Below, piece by piece: positions 34,094-46,883 of a stretch of DNA of 64,000 bases (its first letter is position 1; each line of letters opens with the position of its first letter). The DNA comes from Minutocellus sp. GHC0000111 (Eukaryota). The notes under the pieces are model-generated. The model was not told where the DNA came from. It did no database searches and worked only from the letters and a program-made list of their open reading frames with translations. The stretch covers positions 2,356,001 through 2,420,000 of the forward strand of contig OZ361257.1 in NCBI GenBank assembly GCA_977018835.1, in the 5' to 3' direction. A program made the translations under genes and the position numbers.

Positions 34094-34639
34094 ATGATGG
34101 ACAGCCCCTCAGTATCATCCGGACGCCGAAGGGTGCGCTGTCGGAATTCCAGCACAACATGTGTGGCGCCCGGCAGAACAGAGAACAGCAGACGACGACA
34201 GACGCCTCGGCCGGCTCGTCCAATGGCCCTCCTTGCCCTTGCCTCTTGCATATTCTTGATGGCGGTGGAGATGCCGGCACCGGTATCAGCACGGCTCCAC
34301 GAACAAAATCAGCAGGATATTATTCAAGATGAACGTGGTCCAGTGATGGATGCGGTAAATTTCATAGATTACGATGTGGATATCGGCGGTGGCCAAGCAC
34401 AACAAGAAGCGATACAGGCACAACCACAGCAACAGCAAGACCACCGCCGACTGCAGGAGATGAAGAGCGAGTGGCCGGAGTGCATAGGGATGCAGGCCGA
34501 GGACTGTGTGGCGTTGATCGAATCGGAGGCACCGGATGCCTATACTCTAATTGTGCGGCCGGCGGATTACGACTTTCATCGTGTGATCATCCGGGTCGAC
34601 AGCGATAGTTTGGTCACCAAGACTCCCTCGAGGGGTTGA
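34094..34639 (+). CDS. Secreted potato inhibitor I (I13) family protease-inhibitor-like protein
   Basis: KSEWPECIG...IESEAP...DFHRVIIRVD....VTKTPSRG; signal/anchor LLALASCIFLMAV; start codon uncertain. Confidence 0.7.
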   Translation: MMDSPSVSSGRRRVRCRNSSTTCVAPGRTENSRRRQTPRPARPMALLALASCIFLMAVEMPAPVSARLHEQNQQDIIQDERGPVMDAVNFIDYDVDIGGGQAQQEAIQAQPQQQQDHRRLQEMKSEWPECIGMQAEDCVALIESEAPDAYTLIVRPADYDFHRVIIRVDSDSLVTKTPSRG

Positions 34640-34783
34640 TGAGATTAGTTAAGAATACTTTCTGTAGAAGACGATTGTTTAGTGATATTTTGAGCGATAG
34701 TTGCCATTGCCTCTTGTTTATGATATCAGATTACTTGGTGCCGATGGATTCCTACTTCTACTACCTTCCGACATTGAAGTGAG

Positions 34784-35807
34784 CTAAAGAATTCCAAAAT
34801 GATTCTTTTGATCACCCCAAAAGTTCAGTTCGATAGCTAAATCTCCCTCGAACATGTTTTCGTTCACGATGGCAATGGCTGTTCTGACAATATGGGGAGT
34901 GTCCTCTGCAATGGAATGGGAATCCATGTGGACGTTGCGCAGGACTGTACCCCTGCCAAACGCCACAGCTCCAATATTATCGGAATCATGGTTGGTGAAA
35001 TCGGTGGCAGCGCCAAGGAAATGCGCGTGACAGGTTTTTTCTCGATGGCTATGGCAATTATTGAGAGCTGCGAGGTGGCGATGGCTTAAATTTTGCCCAT
35101 TGCACATCCTTGATATCCTCTCCAAGCCACCACGCAGTATCTTTCACCGACATAAAATCCGCCATTTCGTTCCATTTTGAGCCTAGTAGAGCTAGAGTGA
35201 AGTCGCCCCAAAAAATATACAATATAAGATTTCCATTTTTTGACTATTTCTCCACTGCGCCATTCATCGACATAAAGCCCTGAAACTTGAGGTCGTCCCT
35301 ACCCATTTCGTAGCAGCAGAGGAAGAACTCATGCCCAGAGCCATCGGTGTAAAAGATTTGGTTGTCAATGTTTTGGGGAAATGACGATGAGTCGCATCCA
35401 CGGCATTTTGCTTCCAAGGTAGTACCATGGTTTGAATGTCTGGGCAGATGATCGCCCAAACCGTTCTTCGCTTGGTCAGCCATTTGTTTTGCTGCAAGGT
35501 ATCGGAGTAGCTTGGTCCGACTCCCCTTGCCCTCAGACAGTTGATCGCATTTCTTGTTCATATCATCCACAAGGTGATTGAGGATCGGAGCAGCAAACAT
35601 GCGCAAAGACTTGCATGTCATCTCCGATTGACACAGCTCCTTTGCAGCGAGGAACTTCACGGCGTGGGATATGCCATCTTCTCCGATGGCGAGGAGGGAG
35701 TTGGGGGCAGGTTGGAACTCGGAGTTCTTGTCATTAGGTGACTTGAGACGGGGTTTCTTTCTCTCACCCATGGTACCAACACCACTGCCCTGCCTGGTGT
35801 TGTTCAT
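34784..35807 (-). CDS. Hypothetical protein, apparently split by a frameshift or intron
   Basis: Two adjacent same-strand ORFs 35244..35807 and 34784..35125 with protein-like composition. Confidence 0.4.
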
Positions 35808-36288
35808 CGCGGTGGAATAAGTCGCCGAGTAGCCTTTTGAGGAGCAGTGTGCAGCACATCCAGTCAGACCAGAACCTGAAGCTGATGCAGAGCAAATTCT
35901 GGCCGCGAGCGGTCTATTTTTATGTGAACTTGCAAAGGTGCGGAGGCGTCATGTACCGTACTTCTTTTTTCGGAAGTATGTCGACGTCCTCTCTCTCTAG
36001 CTAAAGTATAGTATAGCCGCGTAGTTTGTTGAGTGCCCACTTTTGCTTTCACACCGAAACATATATCTCTATCTATTATTGACTGGTTTGTATGATAAGT
36101 CATACTAGTACTAGTAGGGAATGAGCAGCAGTCGATGTATGCATTCTCTCTCGTCTGTTCGTTCGTTTCTCATATCTCTCTTCTTTGACCTGGCTTTTCT
36201 TTCTCTTTGTTTGGAGACAAGTGATTATCTTCTCTTTCTCATTGCGCACATACCTAGATACATTCTCATTTTTCTTCTCACTTCCTTG

Positions 36289-37445
36289 CTACCCAGCTCG
36301 ACATCTCGAAAGCTCCACCGATTCCTGGGCTTTGCTATCGAGGAATTGCACAACCACCTTCCCATCCGAATCTCCCTTGATAAAATATGCCTTCTTGTCG
36401 TCGACCAGAACGATATCGCCAACTCCAAAGGGTAGAGGCTCCTCTTCTTTCTCCTCTTTCGGACCCCATATCTTGTTCGCTCTATCCCGAACCAAATCAT
36501 GTCCAGGATCGTCAGTTCCGGTGTATTCGTCGTCGGCCTCCTTCTTCTTGAATGCACTTTCCAACCATTTCTTGCGGTCTGACGCCAGATCGGATCCAGG
36601 ATTGGCAGTACCAGTCGCCACGGGTTCGCTTTCTTCTTTCTTTTGCGATTGTTCTGCGAGCCACTTGGCCCGATCCTTGACCAAATTGGATCCTGGATTG
36701 GCAGTGCCGCTGGCAGCTGGCTCAGCGTTGGCTTCCTCTTCCTTCTTCCCCCATATCGCCTTCATCCTATCCTTTACAAGATCGGAACCCGGTGCCTGAC
36801 TACCCGAATAGTTGGTCTCTGCTTCCTCTTCCTGCTTCTTCTTGAATGCATTCTCGAGCCATTTCTTCCGATCCGATGCCAAGACAGAGCCGGGATTGGA
36901 CGAACCAGATGCCACCGATTCGCTATCCTCCTTCTTTTGCGATTGCTCGGCCAACCACTTGGCACGGTCCTTGACCAGATTTGATCCTGGATTCTCCGTG
37001 CCGCTAGCCACTGGCTCCTTCTTGGCTTCCTCTTCCTTCTTGCCCCAAATGGCATTCATCCGATCCTTGACGAGGGCTGATCCAGGTGCCTGACTTCCAG
37101 TGCACTTGGAATCATCGTCGTCGGCGTCCTTCTTCTTGAATGCACTTTCCAACCATGCCTTTCTATCAGATGCCAGCGCACCACCCGGCGCCTGATGTGC
37201 GCCCGAAAAGGTGTGCTCCTCGTCCTCCTTCTTTTTAGCCTGCTCGGCGAGCCACTTTTGTCGGTCGCCGAACCACTTGGCATGGCTTCGTCGTCGCTGC
37301 TGTCCTTCTTCTTGAATGTCTCCTCCAGCCACTTCTTCTTGTCTGATACTTCCAGATTGCTCATTTTCTGTGCAGCTTCATCGGCAGTATCCTCCCCCAT
37401 TAGCTTGGCGTTCGCCAGCCTCGTACGTTCGGCCGCATTGGACAT
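36289..37445 (-). CDS. Tandem-repeat protein (~29-aa units, DRKKWLESAFKKK type) with C-terminal SH3/Tudor-like barrel; frameshift near 37260
   Basis: ORFs 37056..37445 and 36289..37332 overlap in different frames; about 10 repeats; tail FGVGDIVLVDDKKAYFIKG..GKVVVQF. Confidence 0.7.
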
Positions 37446-37922
37446 GGTTTATTCTTGACTGTTGGACAACAACAAAAAAACGAATTTCGGCGATGGCACG
37501 ATGATGTGCTGATTCTGATTGTCTATTGGACCGATGGAAACGCGACGAAAAGAGTTGTGCTGATCGATCACGGATAGCGAGAGATCTCTTCGCCTTATGT
37601 GGAGATACTCACGACAGCAAAGCGCCGTGGCTTCTCTTGCCGGTACAACCCTTTGTGGGCTCAGCAGATCGTGGAAGATACGTCGCTTTTTTTTCTGTTC
37701 CGCTTGCCGAGTCGTCGAGGCGACGGACGGACCGAATTTTCAGCAACGTGATGTACGTAATTTCGCGTAGGATTCCTACGGCTTCCGCCTGCAGCACTGC
37801 AGAGCAGCAGCAATTATTCATTTATCTTGGCTTGAGTGAGTCGAGGAGTCGAGTCGCCGAATCGCTGGCGCTGGCCGAGTTGCCTGGTTGCCCTAATTCC
37901 CTCTCGCAATATCGTCCTTGAC

Positions 37923-38991
37923 ATGTCATCGAACGCTCTAGTCGGTGGTGGTGAGGTCGCCGGCGAGCCTCGGACCAAGAAACAGCGGACCGGCGAGACC
38001 GGAAAGAATGAGTTCCAACCCGACGGTCCAGTTGAGGATGAGGCCACGGCACGAGAGAAGATGGAGGAGGTTGGGCTGGACCCCAATGATGTAAAGAAGC
38101 AGTGCCGATTGACTGAAGAAGCTGCTGAAGATATGGGGTTGTTCGGTGAAAGAAAAATGTCCCCCATGTCATATTTTGGCCGCCTTGGTGACTTGAAGAT
38201 GTGCCGATATTTGCTTTCCAAAGGTGCATCAACCTCAGAAGCATCCGAGCACCAGTTTAATGGCACACGTTGCTGGTGGTTCCCAATGTACGCGGCATCC
38301 AATGGAGGGCAATTGGAAGTGTGCAAGTGGCTCTATAACAACGGGGCAGAGGGTGACATCAAAAAGACAAATGGTGGTGTCGTAACCACTCCATAGTTCG
38401 TTTGAGACTTGGTGTAAGCGGCAACATGATGGTGCTGTTTGTCGATGGTTCATCTTGAAGGGGGCTCTTTCTGATGACATTGGCAGGGTGGACTCGGCGA
38501 TCTTGCACCGCGATCTTCAGTCTCATTATGACCCTGATTATGATGTTGATGGTTGGATCGACGAACGCTCTAACGTCTTGCACTGGGCGCAGGAGGCTGT
38601 CCAGGCCCACGCCGGGTTCATGGTGTTCCTCATGGGAACCATGCCAACGCCTGCATTCAGCCAAGAAGAGTTGCATAAATTGTTGCTGAATTGCAATCAT
38701 TCTAGAGAGGCAGTTAAAATATTGATGAGCAACACTCCCGAGGAACAGTACGAATTACTCTATAAAAAAATTACGGAAAGCAAAACCCCGCTAAGTTGCC
38801 TTGCAGGAAAGATTGGACTCCTGAAACACATTGCAGGTTATGCCGGTGTCGTTCAGGGAGAGGATTTGCGCACCCTACGTACTTTGATTGCGCCATTGTC
38901 TGAATACCTTGCGATAGTTCCAGCAAGAGTATCGGTAGAAAGATTACCTTCATCGTCAGATGAAGAGGGGGGGGGCGATGTTGAGGATTAG
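37923..38991 (+). CDS. Ankyrin-repeat protein (frameshift near 38395)
   Basis: SPMSYFGRLGDLKMCRYLLSKGA; FPMYAASNGGQLEVCKWLYNNGA; continues in ORF 38455..38991. Confidence 0.7.
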
Positions 38992-39079
38992 GATTAGGGA
39001 AGAGAAAGTGAATAATTTATGTCTAGTAGTAGGCGGGTTTTCTTTTTCTAGCTAATGCATGGTCAGCGTATGGACAAAA

Positions 39080-40633
39080 TCACGGCAAATCGGAGAGCTT
39101 CTTCGCGGGAGTGCATAGTCGGTCATCCTCGGGCACATACGTCTTGCTGTACGATTGCGAGTTGCCCGATCCTCCGACCTCCCAATGCGCTCTTACCGCA
39201 CCCACAGGTCGTCTTCCAGCACCACCGTTCTGCTCGGCATGCGCTCGCGATTCCTCCTCCCTCTTTTCCAATGCCGCCCTCCTACTCTGTACCGAAGCCT
39301 TTAGATCTTCTTCATCATCATCATGCTGCTGCTGATTAACGCCTCGGGCGCCATTCTTCTCTGTTCGGCTCTCCAGCATCTGTTTGCCAATGCTGAAGCT
39401 ACTGCAGGTCGATGAGGATACCACGGAATCACCTCCTCTACCATTGTTCATGTTGTTGTTCGTTTCATTCTTTGTCTCAGTTGTTGTTGCAGTATCGCCA
39501 CATCGACCAGACGAAGTGAGCTCCTCCTCCGGTCCGACCTCGGCATACGCCACGTTGGCATGTCCGTCGTCATCGCGTCGTACCTTGTGACCACCACCAT
39601 TGTCGTCCTTCTTAGCAAACGCCCCCTGCAACCACTTGGCCCTGTCGGCCACCGACATGCCATCTCCGTTGCCCGCCTTCTTGCTGTCGTCGTCCTTCTT
39701 GAAGGCCGATTCCAACCACTGCTTCCGCTCCGATACGCCGTTGCGACGAAACTCGACCGTGCGGGTGGCATCGTTCTGGGGCAGCGGCTCGAACTTGCGG
39801 GATTTGAGCGACACGTTCCGGCCGCGGCGGTGGGCCAACGGCATGCCCTTCTTCTTGCTGGTGGGGTCGTCCTCGAGCCAGGCGGACAGCTTGGACACGG
39901 AGGCGTACCCGTCGTTGGTTGCCTTGACGCTGCCACTGCTGGTGGTGGAAGGAGTGCCAGTGCGCGGCTTGGTACCACCGAACAGTTTTCGACCTGGAGT
40001 AGCGGTACTCTTGACGCTGCTATTGGTGCTCGTTGTGCTACTGTTGATGGAAGTGCTCCTGGCCTTGACCACATCCGTGTGGGGAAGTGCTCTGGCTATC
40101 GCCGCTGCCGTATTCTGGGCTGGAGTGGGTAAAGGAGTCGGTGTCGTGGTGCTTCTCTTCGATGGGGTGGCCGATGATGATGTTGCGGCTACATTTGGGT
40201 TTGGATTGTGACTGTTGTTGTGGCTGTGATGAGGAATACGCTCGTAGTGCTCCTTCTGCTTCCTCTCAAAGTCGGACAGCCATCCCTTGAGCTTCTTGAC
40301 AGAGGAAGGGGCGGGTACTTCCTTGATGGTAGAATTGGTTGAGGTTGCACCTGGACTGACAGTGTCGTCATTGGATTCGCCTTCTTTGTCGTCTCCGTCG
40401 TCGTCGTCGTCAACGTCGAGGAATTGGCCAATGACGGGTCCTCCCTCTCCTTTCGTCAGTTTCATTCGCTTGCTGCTGCTACTGCTGCTGCTGCCATTAC
40501 TGGTGATACTACTTTCCACACCACTTGCCGCCATTGCGTTGGTTGCCGGGTCTGCTCCTCCGCTGTTGTTGGCATTCGCACTCGTGCTCTGCTTGTCGAT
40601 GTCGTCATCAGGGGTCGAAAATGACGCCGACAT
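39080..40633 (-). CDS. Disordered Ser/Thr-rich protein with V-x-x-[RL]-x-x-WL motifs
   Basis: 517-aa ORF; SVKKLKGWLSDFERK, SVSKLSAWL, VSERKQWLESAFKK, VADRAKWLQGAF. Confidence 0.7.
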   Translation of the reverse strand: MSASFSTPDDDIDKQSTSANANNSGGADPATNAMAASGVESSITSNGSSSSSSSKRMKLTKGEGGPVIGQFLDVDDDDDGDDKEGESNDDTVSPGATSTNSTIKEVPAPSSVKKLKGWLSDFERKQKEHYERIPHHSHNNSHNPNPNVAATSSSATPSKRSTTTPTPLPTPAQNTAAAIARALPHTDVVKARSTSINSSTTSTNSSVKSTATPGRKLFGGTKPRTGTPSTTSSGSVKATNDGYASVSKLSAWLEDDPTSKKKGMPLAHRRGRNVSLKSRKFEPLPQNDATRTVEFRRNGVSERKQWLESAFKKDDDSKKAGNGDGMSVADRAKWLQGAFAKKDDNGGGHKVRRDDDGHANVAYAEVGPEEELTSSGRCGDTATTTETKNETNNNMNNGRGGDSVVSSSTCSSFSIGKQMLESRTEKNGARGVNQQQHDDDEEDLKASVQSRRAALEKREEESRAHAEQNGGAGRRPVGAVRAHWEVGGSGNSQSYSKTYVPEDDRLCTPAKKLSDLP

Positions 40634-41344
40634 GGACGATCGTTTTTTCGCGGCCGATGACGACTTGCCGTCAGCAAATAGGAGGAGGTTTGCGTCTCCC
40701 CCGCGAGGCTGGCCAGGGGAGAGCGCATGGGAGATGCTGCTAGCGTTGGTGGGGAGAAGAATATAGTTAGAGCAAAGTAGCGAGCGATGTGGCCGTTAGA
40801 TTTCATTCTCGCAAGTCGGAAATAATGAAATCGGCAACACAAAAACAAAAGAGGGACGAACTGAAAGCTGCCGATTGACAAGAGAGAGGCGGAGATTATT
40901 TAGAGCAAAGATCGGGTACAGTCGCTTACCATCGGGGGAGGGCATGGTGGTCAAGGGATGGATACGCGTTTTGCAGTTTGTTTTTGGATTTCTTTGCGTT
41001 CTTTGCCGATTTCGTTTGGATTTTTGCCGTACGTAGCATACGTGCCGTTTTTGTCGAGCAAGCTGAGACGACGGCCAGACCCACTGCTCAAAACTCGAAA
41101 CGTCTCAAGTCTCAAGCAAAAATTGTGTGCGGCGTGGCGAAAGATGGGTTATGAGGCGGAGGAGGCGATGTTGCACAATGAACGCATCGCGTCTGTTGAT
41201 CAAGCTAGGCCTACGTAAAATGTCGAGCAGTCCAAAACGGGCATACCGGTACCGTAAAGAGGGGGGCATTTTCTATCTACTAGCTGGATTTACCTACAAT
41301 GCAGGCAGTTTTCCTTCCCTGTGGTATTATTTAGATCCCATTCT

Positions 41345-42864
41345 TCATGCCGCCGCTCCTGCATCTGCAACACCTCCAAGGCCAAAGAACTTGAGCAAAA
41401 GATAGACAAAGGGAGCGGTAACTATTTGGCAGTCAAATCGATCAACAACTCCACCATGGCCAGGGATGAGCGTACCAAAGTCCTTGGCACCATGTGCTCT
41501 CTTCACAGCGCTGGCGAGGAATCCACCAAAGGGCGATACGAGCGAAATGAACACACCCAACGTCAATGCCAGTCGAACGTACAGCTTCTCCTCACCCTCG
41601 GCAATGGACTTGCCAAGAACCAAACGGAGGAGCGGAACCGAGACGCCGACAGTCGAAACCAGAGCACCGGCAAATCCCTCCACGGTCTTTTTGGGTGACA
41701 AACGGGGCAGGAGCTTGTTCCGGCCCATGGTCAAACCGAACACGTACGCCATGGTATCATTGACGATCACCAAAAGAGCGGGATAGAGCACCCAGGGCAA
41801 ACCGTAATCCAAGACCGTCTTGATCCAGAAGGATGACTGGCCAACGAGGAAGACCTGCCAATATCAAAATGATGGATCCAAGCGAGAAAAAATGATTAGT
41901 AACACGAGATAGGTATTGCGAGGAACCAAATCAACAAATAAAAAATCCAAACGTAGCCTGCTGACCACACAATATACAAATTCCACAAACAAGCACTCAC
42001 CAGAACAAAGTTGCAGGCCGCAACGCCACCAAGGTAGTCACGGAACATCTCGGGTCCACTGTGAGAGTGCATCTCCATCCCAACGACGGCACCGACGAGG
42101 CCAACGGCGACCATGCCATAACAGATCAGGTTCAAGGCCTCGGTCGACACACCCCCAGCAGAGGATGCAGCAGCACCCAGCAGATTCCTTCCGCTGGTCC
42201 CGACGAGGACGGTGGCGAACCACCACCACTTCTCCACGGCATCCAACCAGTTCAGCTTCTTGAGGTCGGCCGATCCAGGATCGGACCGCTGGTGGAACGC
42301 CTCGATGATGGAGGTCGTTTCGTGGTACATGCCCACCTGGAGGGCCAGGACCAGCGCGATCAGGCCCTTGGTACCGGTGAACTTGAGCAGGGCCGTGGCG
42401 GCGCCCAGCATCAACACGGCGGGGACGGTCCGCTCCCATGCGTTGCTGAGCTTGGCCGAGAGGTTGCGGGTGTGGTCCTTCGTTGGTGGTGGGGCCTGGG
42501 CTGCCTCGACTGCTGACGCTGACGACGCGGCAGCGGCGGCTTGTTGAGCAGCAGCGGCAGCCTTCTCCTCGGCGGCCCGAATGGCGGCCACCCGGGCAGC
42601 CTCGGCGGCGGCCGTCTCGTCAATGGGCGGAGGATTCGGGGGGAGGGAATGGGCGGTACCGCCCCGGGGGATGCGCAGGGCACTGCTGCTGGCGGATGGT
42701 GACACGTGCAGCAAGTGCTCACCAGCACCGGCACCGGCAAGATACCGCCGATTGAGCATGAGTTGTGTCGGCGGCCTCCGTGCATCGGCGCCAATGCCGG
42801 TCGAGGCCAGAGCCAGGACTGCCGCCACAGCCATGAAGGCGTATTGTCCACTGGAATCTCTCAT
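41345..42864 (-). CDS. Phosphatidate cytidylyltransferase (CDP-diacylglycerol synthase); intron 41855..42000
   Basis: SPKKTVEGF, KRAHGAKDFGTLIPGHGGVVDRFDCQ; splice joins FVL/VFLVGQSSFW; N-terminal signal-like segment. Confidence 0.9.
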
Positions 42865-42942
42865 GGTTGAGGGGCGTTTGTGCTGATATGCCGATCGAGG
42901 CCGGCGGCGAACGATAGCTTCAACAGTCAAAAATTTGGCCAT

Positions 42943-43176
42943 TGTGGGTACCGCACGGTGGGGATGAGCTGGCGACGGTGGTTAGCAGCAGGCACTAAAA
43001 CTGCATTCCTGTTAGGGCCCAGTTTTTCTGCTGACCACCACCTTCGCCTCCTCTCGTCTCAACTGACCAAGCCACAACCATCTGCGATTGCTGCCGTTGC
43101 AATTGCTAAGTCAGCTTACAGTACCGGCTCCCAGAGCCTGTCTCTCTCTCTCTCTCTCAGTAGTTAGTTAGTTTTA
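42943..43176 (+). repeat. Split direct repeat A1
   Basis: Near-identical to 50975..51210. Confidence 0.9.
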
Positions 43177-43357
43177 GCATTAGGTTGGTGCTACTCTACG
43201 AGTTCGTAATTTTTGGCCGACACACCACCACTGCTGACTGCTCTGCTGTTAGTCCAGAGAGAGACCGCAGTCGACTCCGGAGTCAAACGGCCACGGCTCA
43301 GCTCCGTTGATAGTGCACGTAGATCCGATACCAGTCTCTACGACGGCAGAACAGTGC

Positions 43358-44761
43358 ATGGCCGAACCAGATCGACCGGAACTGGATCACGTGTTGTTCG
43401 GAGTGGCAAGAGACCTCATCGTCCGAGAGGAGACTGACTCTCCTGACCTTCCACGAGGCTGGGACAGAGACTCAGACGTCAGATTCGGCCCGGGCGCAGA
43501 AGTTTCTTCACAGCCAGGGCGTCGTCCGAGAGACTGACCACAGACGCACTGGATTGGTGGAAAAGTTTTGCCGAGGGCAGAATCGACGTTACCGAGTGCC
43601 TCACCGATCTCGTCGAGCGCGCCACAGGCCACCTCCCATCGAGAGCCACGGGGTGCCAGCCATCCCCCCAGCAGCAGCCGTTTCACACCTTACTCCAGTA
43701 GCGCACGGTCTGGTCACCGAGCACCTCGAGCAACAAGCCTTCTTGGTGTCACCGGACTGGCCCACGTGCCTCGTCAACGTCTGGCTGACATGGCCACGCG
43801 CCTTGCCGAGCCTGAGATCCGCCGGGCACACGAGACGGCAACTAACTGAGTTGGACCTGAGCAGTGCACTGTGCACCGACTACCACGGGCAGACGGAGGC
43901 GTCGTGGTTCAACAGCATCGGGGGCGAAGGTGTCCGGAGGCATCGGCAGCAGCAGCGCGGCAACACCATTGCATCTGGCCCCAGCTCTGCCGGCTCACGC
44001 AGTGCATCCTCCACTGCCAGGCCGACCGAAAAGAAAGACGGCGCATCGCGGCCAGAGAGGGCAGACCTCTAGAGCCGACACCGCACGCTTGCATAGGTTC
44101 ACGGGGGAGCGAGCTTCCACCAACGCTGCCGCTCACTTATTTCGAGTGGGAGGCAAGGCCACTCTTCTACCCACGTGACGCACACGACCGAACCGAGCGG
44201 GCTGGCGTCAGTGTGGCATTGGAGCGAGGAGATCTCATCGGCCCTTTCGCCCCGATCATCACCCAGTTCCCGCTGGATTCGCCGCACCCGTTCCAGAGAC
44301 GGCAGCACCTACGACCGGACCAACTCACTGAAGCTGTTATCAACTAACTGTGGGACAGTGGATTCGAGAGCCTCACCAGCGCTCGACTCCGACACACTCG
44401 GCCTGACAGCAATCCTCTTGGACACCGAGTGGAGGTCAACCCGCACGAATGCTGGGGAAGGCTGGCATGCCTAACGGCGTCCCCCTCACACCGCTGGGCA
44501 GGCACCTACCATCGAGTCTGTCCGAGGTGGCTAGACGACACGGCCGATCCAAATCGCTGGGAGGGCACCCACTGCCGCGTCTGGCCAAGAGCATCAATTC
44601 ACCGGCGCCCCGACGATCTCGAGGCACCTGTCCGCCTGCGAGACATCACCGCCGATGTTTTGGTGTCAGAGCCACCGCGTCAGGCATTCAACATCCTTCT
44701 ATCCGCCTTTGGAGAGCCCGACATCGCCGACCGCATCCTCTCACCCTCACGGCCGATCTGA
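43358..44761 (+). pseudogene. Degraded extra ORF at the 5' end of the YR element, unknown function
   Basis: Chain of same-strand protein-like ORF pieces 43307..43537, 43554..44072, 43871..44347, 44429..44761. Confidence 0.4.
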
Positions 44762-44827
44762 ACCACATCCAGCGCCGAGAGGACCGACGCCGAAGGCGAC
44801 AGGCAAGGTGATCGAGCATTGATCACC

Positions 44828-46883
44828 ATGGCTTCATCTTTCAACACCTGGAAGTCAGTCCTACTGGCACAAGAGACACCGGCCGGGGCCGACGCCGCCG
44901 TAGCTCGAGATTTCCAGAGATTCCTCGCCGACAACGTCTGTGAAACCGACCCCACGGCCGCTGTGGTCCAGAGCCATGCCCGAGCGATCCAGCAGCAAAT
45001 CCGCGACGCCGAGGGTTTGTCCATGCTGGCCCACCATCCAGAAGGGAAAGTCGTGGTGATTCACCATGCCGTGGCTCAGGGAGGCACCACCATGCAGCCC
45101 GACCTCAGGTTGGGTGGGCTCCTCGGGATCGACGATGTAGCCCCGGCAATGTCGTTGGCCCAACCTAGCCTCTTGCGGTGCAAGGTGGTCCTAGCCCCAT
45201 CGGTGGAAGCCATGCTGGGGGCACCGTCAGAAGCCGCCCTAAAACCAGTCTCACCCAGGAAGGCTCCAACACCCGCCACCGGAGTGCCTCCACGAAGTTT
45301 AAGTCCCTTGTGCTGCTGCCACCTTCGACTCTGCAGAATGTTCTGGAAGAGCACGAGGCATCGCCTTGGGCCATCCTGTCCGCCATCAAACGTCGGCTGG
45401 ATGAGGACGCCGGCAGCGACGACGCATCAGACAGCGGTGACGACGAGGGTCATGGCGCAGCAGGTCTTCGCTCCAATGAGGCTGTTCAACACGTCGTCAA
45501 GTGGCTGTGGTTCGTCGCCACGTCCGAGCAAGGTGACATCCCGGCCGTCAGCTTGCACCCAACGACGGACCCGGCTCTCAAGACATGCGCCCGTGAGATG
45601 CACGCTCGGAACATCACTGGCGCCAGTGGCGACGGACCACCAGCCGGTGGCGCCCCGACCGACTCTGCAGTTGCTGCCGCGGCCAACGCCATGACTAGGG
45701 CCGCGTCCGAAGCATCCTCCCTCACCGGCGCAGTCATGGCCTACACTGACAAGGTCGACAAGAAGCACTCGATGAATGGCGCCATCCTCAAGGCCTGTGC
45801 CGCTTTCTGCCGGGTCTCGACCGAGCATGACGATGACGTAGCAGCGATCGACTCGAATCTTCCCGAAGGATTGAAGCACTGCTGGAAGAGTCAAACCTCA
45901 CGCAAGCAGCCGTCGGCCTCGAGCTGCATGTAAAGGGCAAGACCGGAGTCAGGACATCTCTCCAGGGCCTCACTTACGTCCGCCTCTTTGGCTTCGGGAA
46001 GAGCGACAAGAAAATCTACGATGGCTTCTCTGTCTTCGCCTTTAGCCCGGCAAACTCCAGCAGCAGCAATGCGCCCCTGCACCTCGCCGCCTCTCAAAAG
46101 AAAGGATGTGCCTCGACTCAGGTGAAGGCTCTTCTGAAGCAGAACTACCGGTCCCCAACCGAGTGCGACGGTGCCAAACGTCACATCTCGGCCTTCGGCG
46201 CTGGCATTTCCTTCCTTGCCGGAGAGGACTCCGAGCCCGCTCGCTGCGTCACCAGGGTCCTCAGTCACATGAAGACACACGAGGACCAGTGCCGCGACAT
46301 CGCCGAGAGCCATGGCGAGAAGTTCTGGCTGGCGATGTTCCACAATGTCGACGCCTCCATCCATGCATTCTGGAAAGCTTGTCTCCGTTCCCCCGACGAC
46401 GCCGGCAACGACCTCTCTTGCTTCTCAATGGCCGACGAGTCCAAAAAGACAATGAAGACTCAGAATCCTTTCGTCTACCCCAGCCACATCAAGCTCGTCC
46501 AATCGGCCGACGCTCCCACCCCTTCCTCGGACTCCGACTCCGACAAATCATCAGAGCCAAGAACCAGTCCGAAAAAGAAGCAAAAGACGGGCGGCGCCAG
46601 CGGCAGAGCCCACCAGCACGAACACTTCGTCACGTTCGATGTCAACCCCGGCAACTTTGCAAAACGGCTTGGCAAGAAATCCGAGCCCTGTGAGGACAGA
46701 CCTGAAATTAATGGCTGTAAATTCTGCCCTCCATTCATCCTGATAGGTGTCTGCGGCGCCGGATCGTGCAAGCTCAAGAAGTCGCGCATGTCAAGAGGCC
46801 TCTTAAGGCAGGCATCGGAGAGAGGACCCGTCGAGCAGCACGTCGAGAAATGCGATCGGAAGCACGAGGAGGCGGAGGAATGA
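44828..46883 (+). pseudogene. Gag-like ORF1 of the YR element, frameshifted; degenerate C-terminal CCCH finger
   Basis: Fragments 44819.., 45178.., 46122..46883; FCPPFILIGVCGAGSC..KSR. Confidence 0.55.
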
